Source: Phormidesmis sp. (GTDB lineage: Bacteria > Cyanobacteriota > Cyanobacteriia > Leptolyngbyales > Leptolyngbyaceae). Taken from it: 64,000 nt of DNA. Position numbers and translations under genes: made by a program. The notes under the pieces were generated by a model, which made no database searches, was not told where the DNA came from, and saw nothing but the letters and a program-made list of their open reading frames with translations. The DNA is taken from contig CBDFJR010000005.1 of assembly GCA_965248535.1 (NCBI GenBank), positions 2,080,001 to 2,144,000 of the forward strand. Reading direction: 5' to 3'. Positions 50,417 through 60,700 of the stretch are shown one piece after another (the first letter of the stretch is position 1; every line of letters starts with the position of its first letter).

Positions 50417-51391
50417 ATGCCTTGGCGACTGTTAACCGCGTTGATTTTAGAACTCCAAAACTTTTTGCGAATGGGTCGGCTCAATGCACCTAGGTCTGTT
50501 GATTTGTTGAGCAATCTATCCGGCAAGGTAAAGCGATCAGGCGATCGAAACGAGCTACGATCGCGGACAAGTTCTTTGCCCAAAATTCGATCGTCTTTGA
50601 TCAGACGGGTGCTCTCACCCGATGTTTTGGCTCCGGCAGGGGTGGGCGTGTTGGCGATCGCGTCTTGGGAAATTTTTGTCCGCGCAACCAATATGCCCCC
50701 TTATCTATTGCCGGGGCCGTTCCTAGTCTTTCAAACGTTAATCGACTCGTGGGGAGATTTATTTCCGTCTCTGTTAGTCACCTTAAAAGTAACGGTGGTC
50801 GCCTTCATTACAGCCGCCATCTCAGGGCTGTTAATTTCAGTTCTCTTTACCCAAAGCAAATGGATTGAGCGCAGTTTCTTTCCCTATGCGGTGATTTTGC
50901 AGACGACTCCGATCGTCGCGATCGCGCCTCTGATCATCATGTGGTTAAAAAACGACACCTTTTTAGCGTTAATCGTTTGCGCGTGGATTGTGGCCTTCTT
51001 CCCGATCGTTTCCAACACCACACTAGGTCTAAATAGCGTTGATCATAATTTAATTAACTTGTTTCACTTATATCGAGCTTCCCGTTGGCAAACGTTAATT
51101 TATTTACGATTACCCAGTGCGATGCCTTATTTTCTGGGTGGTTTGAAAATTAGCGGAGGATTGGCTCTGATCGGCGCAGTCGTTGCCGAATTTGTAGCGG
51201 GTACAGGCGGTTCTCAGTCAGGATTAGCCTATCAGATTTTGATGGCAGGCTATAATCTACAAATTCCTCGAATGTTCGCTGCCTTATTCATGATTACGTT
51301 AACAGGCGTGTTAATCTTCGCGTGTCTCACCTGGTTATCTAACTTTTTGCTGAAAGAATGGCATGAGAGCGCGATTAAGCGTGAGAACTAA
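50417..51391 (+). CDS. ABC transporter permease (TauC/SsuC type); start uncertain
   Basis: QTTPIVAIAPL, LRLPSAMP, IGAVVAEF. Confidence 0.88.
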   Translation: MPWRLLTALILELQNFLRMGRLNAPRSVDLLSNLSGKVKRSGDRNELRSRTSSLPKIRSSLIRRVLSPDVLAPAGVGVLAIASWEIFVRATNMPPYLLPGPFLVFQTLIDSWGDLFPSLLVTLKVTVVAFITAAISGLLISVLFTQSKWIERSFFPYAVILQTTPIVAIAPLIIMWLKNDTFLALIVCAWIVAFFPIVSNTTLGLNSVDHNLINLFHLYRASRWQTLIYLRLPSAMPYFLGGLKISGGLALIGAVVAEFVAGTGGSQSGLAYQILMAGYNLQIPRMFAALFMITLTGVLIFACLTWLSNFLLKEWHESAIKREN

Positions 51392-51467
51392 ACTAATTTC
51401 TTGATTCTAACGATCACAGATTAAACAAAACTACACCGATGCGATGGCATAGCACTGCCCAAGATCT

Positions 51468-51495
51468 GCGTAAGGGTGTGGCATCGTCGTGCCCA
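51468..51495 (+). repeat. REP-like palindrome, degenerate copy 2
   Basis: GCGTAAGGGTGTGGCATCGTCGTGCCCA. Confidence 0.65.
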
Positions 51496-51649
51496 TTGAT
51501 TAGGCAAGTAACCGATGCGATTTAATCCCCGATCGTTAGCAAAAGGTTATGGACTCTCTAAGCTTATCTTTATCGAACTATAGTCTCTGCTTAATATCGT
51601 GGCGATAAACTAGATCTCTGTTCAACCATTCAGGAATTTCACAATTTCG

Positions 51650-53860
51650 ATGAACATTAAAAAATGGGGAGACTTCAAGCGCTTCTGGTCTTCACAGCGC
51701 GTTTTTGATGGCTTACACCGCAGATTATTTCTGCGTTTGTCAGCGTTAGCGCTAGTGACTTTTTTCTTTGTCAATGCCATTCATTTAGCTACTGCTCAAG
51801 GCGTTATTAAACCCTCACGATCGCAGGTTGTTTTAATTTCACTGGATGGTGCAACGCCCCGAATTATTGATGATTATTTAGCCAGAGGGGTGCTCAATCG
51901 GCGCACTGGGCTGGGCTTGCTGCAAAGTCGCGGCGTGTCTGCCCAACGCAATATCACCTGCAATCCATCTCTGACGGCTGCCTGTCACACTACCCTCAAC
52001 TCTGGGTCTACAGTCGCCCGTCACGATGTTGTTGCCAACAGTTTTCACCTGGTTGCTAGCCCATTTAAGCAAAATGTTAGCGGATTTGCAGCCCCGATCG
52101 GGGGCTATTCAATCAGCACCAGTGGCGCAACCCAAGCCGCCACCCCAACAGCCGAACCGATTTGGCTCAAGCTCAGACAAAACGGCAAAAAAGTAGTCGC
52201 CGCAACCTTTCCCGGAGCCGATGGCGCAGATATCAGACTCTCTAGCGCTGCCGCTAGCCCGATCGTGCAGCCCGCTTCTCTGCGAACTGTCGATTACACT
52301 GTGCCCTTTGGTGGCTTTGCTGGGCTGTCGGCCAAGGGCTTTAGCCTCAGCGCTCAAGACTTCAGCCCCGCCCCGTCTCAGATCACGGCTCAACTCACCG
52401 CCGCCGGAAAAACCTCCTACAGTCCGGTGCTGCAAAAAACAAGTGGGCTAGAACAATTTACCGTCGGTGGCGTAAGCTATGACCTGCAAGTTGCGGCATT
52501 GGATACCAGCAACGATCGTCAAGTTAACTACGACACGCTGGTCTTTTTTGATGCCAAAAACGGGATTCGCGTCGGCGGCAATCTGCCCTCAACAGGTTCG
52601 GCGTTTGTGCAAGCCAAGCGCAAAAAGTCGAGTCTATTTTATCTAGAAGGAAGCTCTAACAAAGCCGGAACTGCTTTCTATGTCAGCAATCTAGCCCCCG
52701 ACTTATCCACGGTTCACCTAGTGCGCTACTCAGCCAACTCGATTCCTCGCAACTCGGCAGTGTTAGCCGACGTAGACGACATTAACCAGAATGTGGGCTT
52801 TTGGGCACCGCAAGCTGATTTTCGGATTCCTCAGCGATCGAGTCCTGGGTTGACCGATTTCTCTGATCTGGAATTAGAAGCCGTTTATGAAGACCAGGTT
52901 CGCACCTTTGTAGACTATCAAACTCGCGTAGCGCTGAGAGCGATCGCCAAAAATCCTGACGCTGACTTGGTGATGATCTACATCGAGCAACCCGACGGAT
53001 CAGAGCACCAGTTTCTCGCCGTTGATTCTCGTCAGGCAACTAACCCCAGCGATGCAGCCACGATCGGGTCGGGGCAAGATGCTGCAAAAATTGACCGTTA
53101 TGAAAGCTATGTGCAAACCGCCTATAAAGTTGCCAACAGCGCAGTTCAAAAGATCATCGATGCCGTAGGAACAACGGGCGGCATTCCTAAACGCAACATC
53201 ATTGTCGTGTCTGACCACGGCTTTTCTCCTTTCCACACCACCGTTAACCTGAATGCGTTTTTGACCCGTAAAGGCTTTGATCCCAACAAAGTGCGGGCGA
53301 TCACCTCTGGCCCGGCGGTCAATGTCTACATCAATCTCCAAGGGCGCGAACCTGATGGCACCGTCAGCCGCAGCGAATATGGTGTCTTACAGCAGCAGCT
53401 AGTCGCAGCCTTGAAAGAATTAGTAGATCCCAACTCAACCTACACCCAACGGGAGAGCAAACGAGTCTTTGACAAGATTTATCCTCGTCCCCGATCGGGT
53501 GATCTCAACGATCCAACCTTTGGCTTAGGCACCGATCAATTTATTGCTCAAGACAGTGGCGATGTTTTTGCAACGCTCAAAGAGGGCTATAACTTCGATG
53601 GCGCTCAAACTCCCTTAGTGCTGCGTCAGGGCGACGATGCCACCGCGAGCGCCGTGTTTTCGGTTCCCAGTTTCTATGGTGCTCATGGCTATGATCCAGA
53701 AAAGCCGAACATGAGCGCCATCTTTTTTGCGGCCGGGCCGGATATCGATCGCAAGACCCTCAAACGAGTTCGCAATATTGATGTAGTGCCCACCATCAAT
53801 CGCTTATTGGGAATTGAGTCGGCCTCAACGGTTCAGGGGTCTGCTTTAAAGCTCAACTAA
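51650..53860 (+). CDS. Exported alkaline phosphatase superfamily / nucleotide pyrophosphatase-phosphodiesterase
   Basis: LISLDGA, PSLT nucleophile region, PDGSEH, VSDHG, GAHGY. Confidence 0.83.
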   Translation: MNIKKWGDFKRFWSSQRVFDGLHRRLFLRLSALALVTFFFVNAIHLATAQGVIKPSRSQVVLISLDGATPRIIDDYLARGVLNRRTGLGLLQSRGVSAQRNITCNPSLTAACHTTLNSGSTVARHDVVANSFHLVASPFKQNVSGFAAPIGGYSISTSGATQAATPTAEPIWLKLRQNGKKVVAATFPGADGADIRLSSAAASPIVQPASLRTVDYTVPFGGFAGLSAKGFSLSAQDFSPAPSQITAQLTAAGKTSYSPVLQKTSGLEQFTVGGVSYDLQVAALDTSNDRQVNYDTLVFFDAKNGIRVGGNLPSTGSAFVQAKRKKSSLFYLEGSSNKAGTAFYVSNLAPDLSTVHLVRYSANSIPRNSAVLADVDDINQNVGFWAPQADFRIPQRSSPGLTDFSDLELEAVYEDQVRTFVDYQTRVALRAIAKNPDADLVMIYIEQPDGSEHQFLAVDSRQATNPSDAATIGSGQDAAKIDRYESYVQTAYKVANSAVQKIIDAVGTTGGIPKRNIIVVSDHGFSPFHTTVNLNAFLTRKGFDPNKVRAITSGPAVNVYINLQGREPDGTVSRSEYGVLQQQLVAALKELVDPNSTYTQRESKRVFDKIYPRPRSGDLNDPTFGLGTDQFIAQDSGDVFATLKEGYNFDGAQTPLVLRQGDDATASAVFSVPSFYGAHGYDPEKPNMSAIFFAAGPDIDRKTLKRVRNIDVVPTINRLLGIESASTVQGSALKLN

Positions 53861-54031
53861 ACAGCGATCGGCAACGAACTGCAAAATTCTGATCCTAAGC
53901 AATGGTTGCAAATTCCCTAACTTAGGATCAGAGGAGGCTCACGATCGCTACTTAGCTTCAGCACAACCCGATGATTTGAGTGTTTCTAAGGGTGCAAGGC
54001 ATCGGATGAAATCTGATATACTCGGAGGGTT

Positions 54032-54104
54032 GCTGGTGTAGCTCAGTTGGTAGAGCAGCTGATTTGTAATCAGCCGGTCGCAAGTTCGAGTCTTGTCACC
54101 AGCT
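54032..54104 (+). tRNA. trnT: tRNA-Thr (TGT)
   Basis: GCTGGTG/CACCAGC acceptor stem, GCTGA-TTTGTAA-TCAGC anticodon arm, GTTCGAGTC T-loop. Confidence 0.96.
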
Positions 54105-54206
54105 TTCAATAAAATCAATCGTTCCCCTTACGGGATAAGCAATCCAGGACTCGGTTTCAGCCAGTCTCGGATTTTTGCGAGGGTTTCAGGTCTTTCTCAA
54201 CGAATC

Positions 54207-54244
54207 TAGATCGCCCCAAACTCGGTAATTTGGAGGGCGATCTA
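54207..54244. terminator. Inverted repeat between convergent tRNA-Thr and the DUF2382 gene
   Basis: TAGATCGCCCCAAA..TTTGGAGGGCGATCTA. Confidence 0.5.
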
Positions 54245-54271
54245 TAAATACTAGGACAGCAAAGGCTTGAT

Positions 54272-55120
54272 TTAGCGAGTTTTATCGACCACAGGACGAC
54301 CCTGCGTATCAACATCTAGCTCTTCTCGGCGAATGCTCTCTTCTGCATGAACGACTTCTTGAGCAACCTCTTTTCTGACCCGCACTTCTTCACGCACAAA
54401 GGCTTCTTTGTGAATGTCTGGAGTTTCTTCATAGACATCGACACGGGCGACCTCACCTGACTGAAACGTGGCTTCGCTAGGGGGCACGATCGCTTGTCCT
54501 ACTCCTGCTGTGCGCTCGACCACCACCCGCTCTTTTTCAATGGGGACAGAGACTTGGGCTGTTTCAGTCTCGACTCGCTTGCCGACGGTGACTTCTCCGG
54601 TTTTTTCGCGGTGTTTGCCTGCCACTAGCCGCTCTTGATAGAGTTTGAGGTAGGCATCTTGAGCCGCAGGCTTGGCTTTGTCCCAGGGTAACCCTGTGGT
54701 GCCGTGAGTCTTGACGTATTCGGTCTCTAGCTCAGGTTCAATTTCTTCAAAGGTTTTGCCGCTATCGCCGTGGCGACCAAAGGCTTCATAGCCCGTTTTA
54801 TATGCGGGCGCATAGTCATCGTAGGTTTTGTTTGACTCAATGTAGGGGCGAGAAACGTGATTGTCGCGCCAGTGCTCATGTTCTCGACTGACATCAATCA
54901 CCTCAGCCGTATTTTTGCCCAGTAAACCACCGCTCACTGCACCGATCGCTGCACCCACCACTGCGCCGACGGGGCCGCCAACTACGCCGCCGATAATCGT
55001 CCCGATCGTGCCTGCACCTGCTGCGCCGATTCCTGTCCCGACGGGGTGAGCACCTGGCTCACCTGTGAGAGGGTCAAGATGCTCGTCGGGTTCGTGTAGA
55101 GTCTTGTTTGGGTCATTCAT
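54272..55120 (-). CDS. YsnF/AvaK (DUF2382) stress protein with a glycine-zipper N-terminus
   Basis: HPVGTGIGAAGAG..GGPVGAVVG; LYQERL..GEVTVGKRVETE..EAFVREEV..RREELDVD. Confidence 0.82.
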   Translation of the reverse strand: MNDPNKTLHEPDEHLDPLTGEPGAHPVGTGIGAAGAGTIGTIIGGVVGGPVGAVVGAAIGAVSGGLLGKNTAEVIDVSREHEHWRDNHVSRPYIESNKTYDDYAPAYKTGYEAFGRHGDSGKTFEEIEPELETEYVKTHGTTGLPWDKAKPAAQDAYLKLYQERLVAGKHREKTGEVTVGKRVETETAQVSVPIEKERVVVERTAGVGQAIVPPSEATFQSGEVARVDVYEETPDIHKEAFVREEVRVRKEVAQEVVHAEESIRREELDVDTQGRPVVDKTR

Positions 55121-55218
55121 TAGGGTCTCTCCGAGTGATAAAAGGGTTTGAATTGCACAGTCTAAAACGACGCTTAAGAGGGTGAATTGAATTAGGATCG
55201 GTAACTGGCAGAGTCTAA

Positions 55219-55246
55219 TGGGCACGGCAGTGCCATGCCCTTACGC
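55219..55246 (-). repeat. REP-like palindrome, copy 3
   Basis: Reverse complement matches copy 1 at 27 of 28 nt. Confidence 0.75.
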
Positions 55247-55289
55247 CACAGGCCTATATTTAGACCTAGCTAGGCTGGATTCATGAGCC

Positions 55290-55817
55290 TTACTTTGCGC
55301 CTGTTTGTTCTTTGATAGGAATTTTGGTCGAAGGATCTGGTGCTGTGGGTGTTGCCCCGGCACTGACTGATGCCTTGACGATGACGCTCTTAACGCCGCC
55401 GATCTGCTTAGCTAAAGGCTCAATTTTTTGAAGCTGGCCCTCATTGACGACGGTTCCGGCTACCGTGACGGCTCCATCTTTAGAAGAGATTGCTAAAGCA
55501 CTGGCGGGCAGGTTGGCTTCAAGCTTGGATCTGACTTCGCTCTTGAGATCGTTGTCTGATTTGACGCTCTTGTCGCCCATCGCATTGTTGCGCTGCTCAC
55601 TAGAGCGAATATCTGAGTTGAGTTGCTTCCGACGAAGCTCGCTGGTTGCATCGTTTTGGTTGGTTTGAGCAACAGGCTTTTCTAAAGGGGTGTTGGTTTG
55701 AGCGGTTGTGTTGGGGGCTTCACTGCTGGTTTTAGCAGCCCCGCAGCCGGATGCAGTTGCAACCAAGACACTGCCGACGAGTAGAAGAACTAGGTTTTTC
55801 ATGGGGTTAAATTGCAC
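55290..55817 (-). CDS. BON-domain lipoprotein
   Basis: Lipobox ASGC, SDNDLKSEVRSKL..DGAVTVAGTV..IGGVKSV. Confidence 0.78.
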   Translation of the reverse strand: MQFNPMKNLVLLLVGSVLVATASGCGAAKTSSEAPNTTAQTNTPLEKPVAQTNQNDATSELRRKQLNSDIRSSEQRNNAMGDKSVKSDNDLKSEVRSKLEANLPASALAISSKDGAVTVAGTVVNEGQLQKIEPLAKQIGGVKSVIVKASVSAGATPTAPDPSTKIPIKEQTGAK

Positions 55818-55877
55818 TTAGCATAGAAGTTGAATGGGGTAGCGGAACCTTTTCAGTCCCGCTCTCTGCGTAATGGA

Positions 55878-56933
55878 TTAGCGGCGATCGCCCAACCCTT
55901 TGTCAGTTTCGACGACGGGATGTCCAGCCGTATTGATGTCGATTTCTTCACGGCGAACGGTTTCTTCGATCGCAACCATTTCTTCGGTCACTTCTTTGCG
56001 AATGCTGACTTCTTCGCGCACAAATGCCTCTTTGTGGATATCAGCTACTTCTTCATAGACATCCATTTTGATCGCTTCGCCCTCTTGGAACGCAACCCCA
56101 GAGGCGACAGTTGCGCCAGCGTTGACGGGTGTGGTGCGTTCAATCACGATGCGCTCTTTCTCGATCGGCACTGAGACTTGAGCCGTTTCGGTTTCGACAT
56201 GCTTCCCGATCGCGACTTCTCCAGTTTTTTCGCGGTCTTTGTCTACCACTAGGCGTTCTTGGTAGAGCTTGATCGATTCATCGTCGCTTGCCGGAACAGG
56301 TGAGGGCATCACGTCTGCTGCCATCACGGGAGCCAGAGGAGCGGTCTCTAGCCGAGATTCAGTAGTGGGAATGTCATAAACGGCCCAATCGCGAATTCCG
56401 CCGTGATTGAGGATGGTTTCAGCCCGTTTGATTTCAGCCTCGGTTCCATCGACAATGACTAGATATCCGCCTTGATCGACACGATCGTGATAAGACTTGG
56501 CTTCTCTCTCAGGAATGCCTAACCCAGCCAGCCCGCCGAGCAGACCGCCTGTAGCAGCCCCGATCGCTCCGCCCGCCGCCGTTGTAGCTAGGGCTGTTGC
56601 GGCTGCACCTGCTAGCATGACCGGGCCAACGCCAGGAATGGCTAGAGTTCCCAATCCCACCAGCAGGCCGGTGAGTCCTCCTAAAGCACCGCCTGAGACA
56701 GCACCAACACTCGCGCCTTCATCTGCCTTGTTGCCAACTTGCTTTTTGACTTCTGCGCCTGCAATTTCCCGATCGCTGTCTGCATCTCGCGCAATCACAG
56801 AGACTTGATTCATGCCAAACCCAGAATCATTGAGAGTATGCAGAGCTTGTTCAGCTTCGCGACGGGTTGAAAACACCCCGACTGCTCGTTTGTTGTGAGT
56901 CCCTACTAGAGTATCTCGTTGATCTAAAACCAT
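55878..56933 (-). CDS. General stress protein (YflT-like N-domain with Gly-rich hairpin) fused to DUF2382
   Basis: AVGVFSTRREAEQAL..VSVIARD, LAIPGVGPVMLAG, LGIPE..Y; C-terminal DUF2382; GGAG RBS before 56933. Confidence 0.8.
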   Translation of the reverse strand: MVLDQRDTLVGTHNKRAVGVFSTRREAEQALHTLNDSGFGMNQVSVIARDADSDREIAGAEVKKQVGNKADEGASVGAVSGGALGGLTGLLVGLGTLAIPGVGPVMLAGAAATALATTAAGGAIGAATGGLLGGLAGLGIPEREAKSYHDRVDQGGYLVIVDGTEAEIKRAETILNHGGIRDWAVYDIPTTESRLETAPLAPVMAADVMPSPVPASDDESIKLYQERLVVDKDREKTGEVAIGKHVETETAQVSVPIEKERIVIERTTPVNAGATVASGVAFQEGEAIKMDVYEEVADIHKEAFVREEVSIRKEVTEEMVAIEETVRREEIDINTAGHPVVETDKGLGDRR

Positions 56934-57146
56934 TTTCTTGTTCTCCTGAGTCATTCTTGTTGAGGTGTTCGAGTCGTGAAAGCACTCAAGGCTATGTAGC
57001 CTTATTAACGCTGGTCTGATGAGATGATTCATCAGCACTGAGGTGAATGTGTTCCTCTACCGCAAGGCACATTTAGGGAATTAAAAGCTCTCTAAAGCTG
57101 CAACGGATCATGAAAGGTTGCTCCGATGGTAGTCGCTCTGATTGGT

Positions 57147-57632
57147 TCAAGAGATTTTGGTTTCATCTGTGTCTAAAGCGTCTGCGATTTCTCCAAAAAG
57201 CTCTCTCTTGAATCGAGAAACGTTTTGAGAAAACTCTCGGCGCTGAGTCACCGTGAGCAAATGGCTGTAGATGAACCAGCCTGTGTAGATCACACCGATT
57301 AGCTCAAACAAAGGTGAAAGAACTGGAATGCTAGTGGCGACGCTAAGAATAGCGCTTAGAAACGTCAGAACTAACTTAAATCCAACGATCGCGAGCAGCA
57401 CCCAGCCAATGGCGATAAAAATGGGTTTATAAGGCGTTAAGAACTCAGTTATGTAGCCGATCGGGTCACTAAGAAACGCTGAGATCTGCACGGTTCGCTG
57501 ATAGTCTTCAGGAGACTCAGCCGTAGTGTTGTTAATCACTACCGGATCGCTGAGAGGAACGTCAATGACAGTCGTCGTCTTGACTTCGACAGGAACTGTG
57601 GTTTCTGTGATTTGGGCATTTTCTACAGACAT
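57147..57632 (-). CDS. CAAD/CurT-like membrane protein
   Basis: IPVLSPLFELIGVIYTGWFIYSHLL..RREF CAAD signature. Confidence 0.8.
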   Translation of the reverse strand: MSVENAQITETTVPVEVKTTTVIDVPLSDPVVINNTTAESPEDYQRTVQISAFLSDPIGYITEFLTPYKPIFIAIGWVLLAIVGFKLVLTFLSAILSVATSIPVLSPLFELIGVIYTGWFIYSHLLTVTQRREFSQNVSRFKRELFGEIADALDTDETKIS

Positions 57633-57729
57633 GGGGGCAACTCCTGATGAGAACAATCGTAAAACAATAGGTATTGAACAATAGGTAGGAGAGGACAAAA
57701 GATATATCCTCTCCTAAAGTGGACGGGAG

Positions 57730-60700
57730 TTAGAACAGGGTGCGAACTGCTAGAACTCCAGCGATCGCGGAGGCTGCCAGCGAAGTTAATGCCGTTCCAA
57801 ACAGCCACCATGCTGCATTGGCTGCCATTTTTTGGGTCTCGATCGCTTGTTTCTTAGCCTGATGTTGAGCGGCTTTGATCCTTTTTTTGGCTTCTAGCTG
57901 AATGCGTTCGGCACGGTGCAATACGCCGTCTCGTGTTGCCTCGATTTGGTCAATAATCCGGTTAGCATCGGCTTCAGAAATATCTTTGCGAGAGCTAAGA
58001 ACGGCTACCAAGGTGCCGCGATCGAACTCACTTAGTCGCTCTTTAAGCGCCTCAAAGCCCGCCTGTGGATCATCGAACAACGTGCCGAAATCCTGCTGAA
58101 TGCCTTCATAGCTGAGTTCCGGTCGCTCTAGCGAATCGAGATAGCTGCGAAGTTTGCCAAACACGCGATCGATCGCTGCTTGGAAGGTCTGCTGAACTTT
58201 TTGGATCTGTTCTGTAACGGATTGAACCGTAGAGTTTACTTGGTCAGCAATGCGATTAGCGTCTTCTTCACTGATGTCTTCGCGCTGAGACAGCAGAGCC
58301 ACCAAAGTAGAGCGATCGAAGTGAGAGAGGCGATCGCCAACACTGCTCAACCCTGCTTTAGGATCTTGCAGCAACAATTGCAAATCACGCTTGATGCCGT
58401 CTGGGTTTAGCTCCTCTTTCTGAGTATTTTTCAGATAGCTTTCGAGAGTTGCCTCAAAGTCAACGGCTTTTGTTTGGGCCCGTTTTGCCAGACGGCGCGG
58501 GGCTTTGATGGTATCCCGAATGGCAGTCTCCACCTGATCGATTGTTTGATTAACTTGTTCCTCGGTCAAGGTTCCTGATTGAGTCAGCAGCTTTACCAGA
58601 GTCTCGCGATCGACCTGAGAAAGTCGGTCACGCAAGGCATCGGTTCCGGCTTTGGGGTCATTGAGCAGCGTTTTTAGATCGCGCTGGATGCCGTCTGGAT
58701 CAAGTTCTTTCAGGTCTGTTTTGCGGAGATAATCGGCGATCGCAGTGGTCGTTTGTTCATATTGCTCTTTGGCTTTGCTCGCCACTTGTTGAGGTGCTTG
58801 CAAAACGCTGTCACGAACTGACTCAACTTGATCTAAAACCTGATTAACCTGCTCTTGATTCAGATCTTGACGCTGACTGAGCAACTGCACGAGAGTATCG
58901 CGATCGAACTGCGAAAGACGAGACTTTAGAGCACTGAGTCCGGCTTGAGGGTCATCTAACAAGGTCTTCAAGTCGCGCTGAATGCCATCGGGATTAAGTT
59001 CTTCTTTGTTGGTGTTCCGCAAGTAGGTTTCGACCTTAGTCCGGACTTCTTGGGCCTCAAATTGCAGCCGATCTTGTAGTTCTCTGGCTTCGGAGAGCAC
59101 CCGATCGCGAGTCGATTCGAGTTGCCCCACAATTTGGTTCGCTTCTTCAGGATTCACGTCATCGCGCTGTCCGAGCAGCTTTGCCAGCGTGTCACGGTCA
59201 AACTGACCTAAACGATTTCCCAATGCGTCTAAGCCCGCTTCGGGGTCTTGCAACAGCAGTTTAAACTCATGCCCGATCGCCTCTGGATTCAGTTCCTCTT
59301 TTCCGGTCGATTTTAGATAAGTCTCAACTCGACTGCGAAGATCCTGCGATCGCTCTTCTAGCTCTGCCGTTTGAACCGAGCCAAACACTTCAGCGCGAAT
59401 CTCTTCGAGAAGGTTGGCAGTATCTTGCACTTTTTCAGGCGTGAAGTCTTCTCGCAGAGCCAACACGTCGATAAAATAATCCCGATCGATTAGCTCTAAC
59501 TCCTGACGAATGGCTCCCGGAGCAGCCTGCGGATCGTAGATCACATCTCGGAACTCTTGCTTGATGGTTTCGCGATTCAGTTGCCAAGGCGGTGAGAACA
59601 ACAGATAGTTCTCCAAGTCGGCTTGAATCACACTAAAGGGTTTCCCATTTTTAGAAACCTGCTGACCCAGCTTGTCAGCCTGCCCCTGAACAGTGCCCTT
59701 CAGTTTTTGCAACTGACCAGAAATCTTCTCGACATCCAGATCTGAGAGGTTGGTGCTTTGAATCACTTTGCCGAGCAGGGCACTAAACCCAAACTGCAAA
59801 GCTCTAGTGGTCAAGCTGCTGCCAGAAGAACTCTGTTTAGAAACTCTCTGCACCAACTGATTGAGGTTGTCTGAAAGCTCCTCAGTGTTCAAGTCTTCAG
59901 GAGTTGCAGATTTCAACAAATTTGTCAGTTGTTCGAGAGGATCTTTTCCTTCTTGTTGACCCACTGTTCCTTTCCAGGCACTTTCTAGCTGATCAGCGAC
60001 CCGATCGATGTCCTGTTTTGAGAAGTCAGTGCGACGGCTGACGAGATCGACAAAAGACTGACGATTAATGGTCTTTAAAAAATCACTGTCTGCAACGTCT
60101 TTAAGATCAGAGTCTTTGAGCAAGGTTTCAAACTGACCTTTAATATCCTCTAGATCTAGCTTCGGCAGTTGCAGATTGTTGAGCGAACTCTGGAGTGTTT
60201 TTTGAATTGCGTTGGGGTCAAAGCCAGAGGTTAACTCGCGCCGCACCGCCGCCGTGATCTCTTCGGCCGTTGAAATAACCTGATTTTTGGCGACATTTGC
60301 CCCGATCGCAGCCGTTGCTGTGCCCATTATGCCCTGAATGCCTGACGACGCAGTGTTAATCACAGAGCCAATCAGAGAGCCAACTGCCCCTGAGCCAAGC
60401 CACACTAGCAGCGAAAAATAGGTAGACCAAATCACAACGCCAATGATAGCCCCTAGACCAACGCTGCTGACTAAGCTCAGTTTTACGGCTAGAAAGCTAG
60501 CGGCAAATAGAGCAAGCGTCACAGTTACCAACGCCCAGATACCGATTTTAGATTCGGTTTTGCGAATGGTCGTACCTAAGCTTTCTGATTCGCTATCATC
60601 ATCACTGGATAACGTACCCGGCGTTGCAACAACTGCAACCGATAAATTGGTTAATAGAAATTGAAATGCGAATGCCATCATCACACCAGCCAACAAAGCA

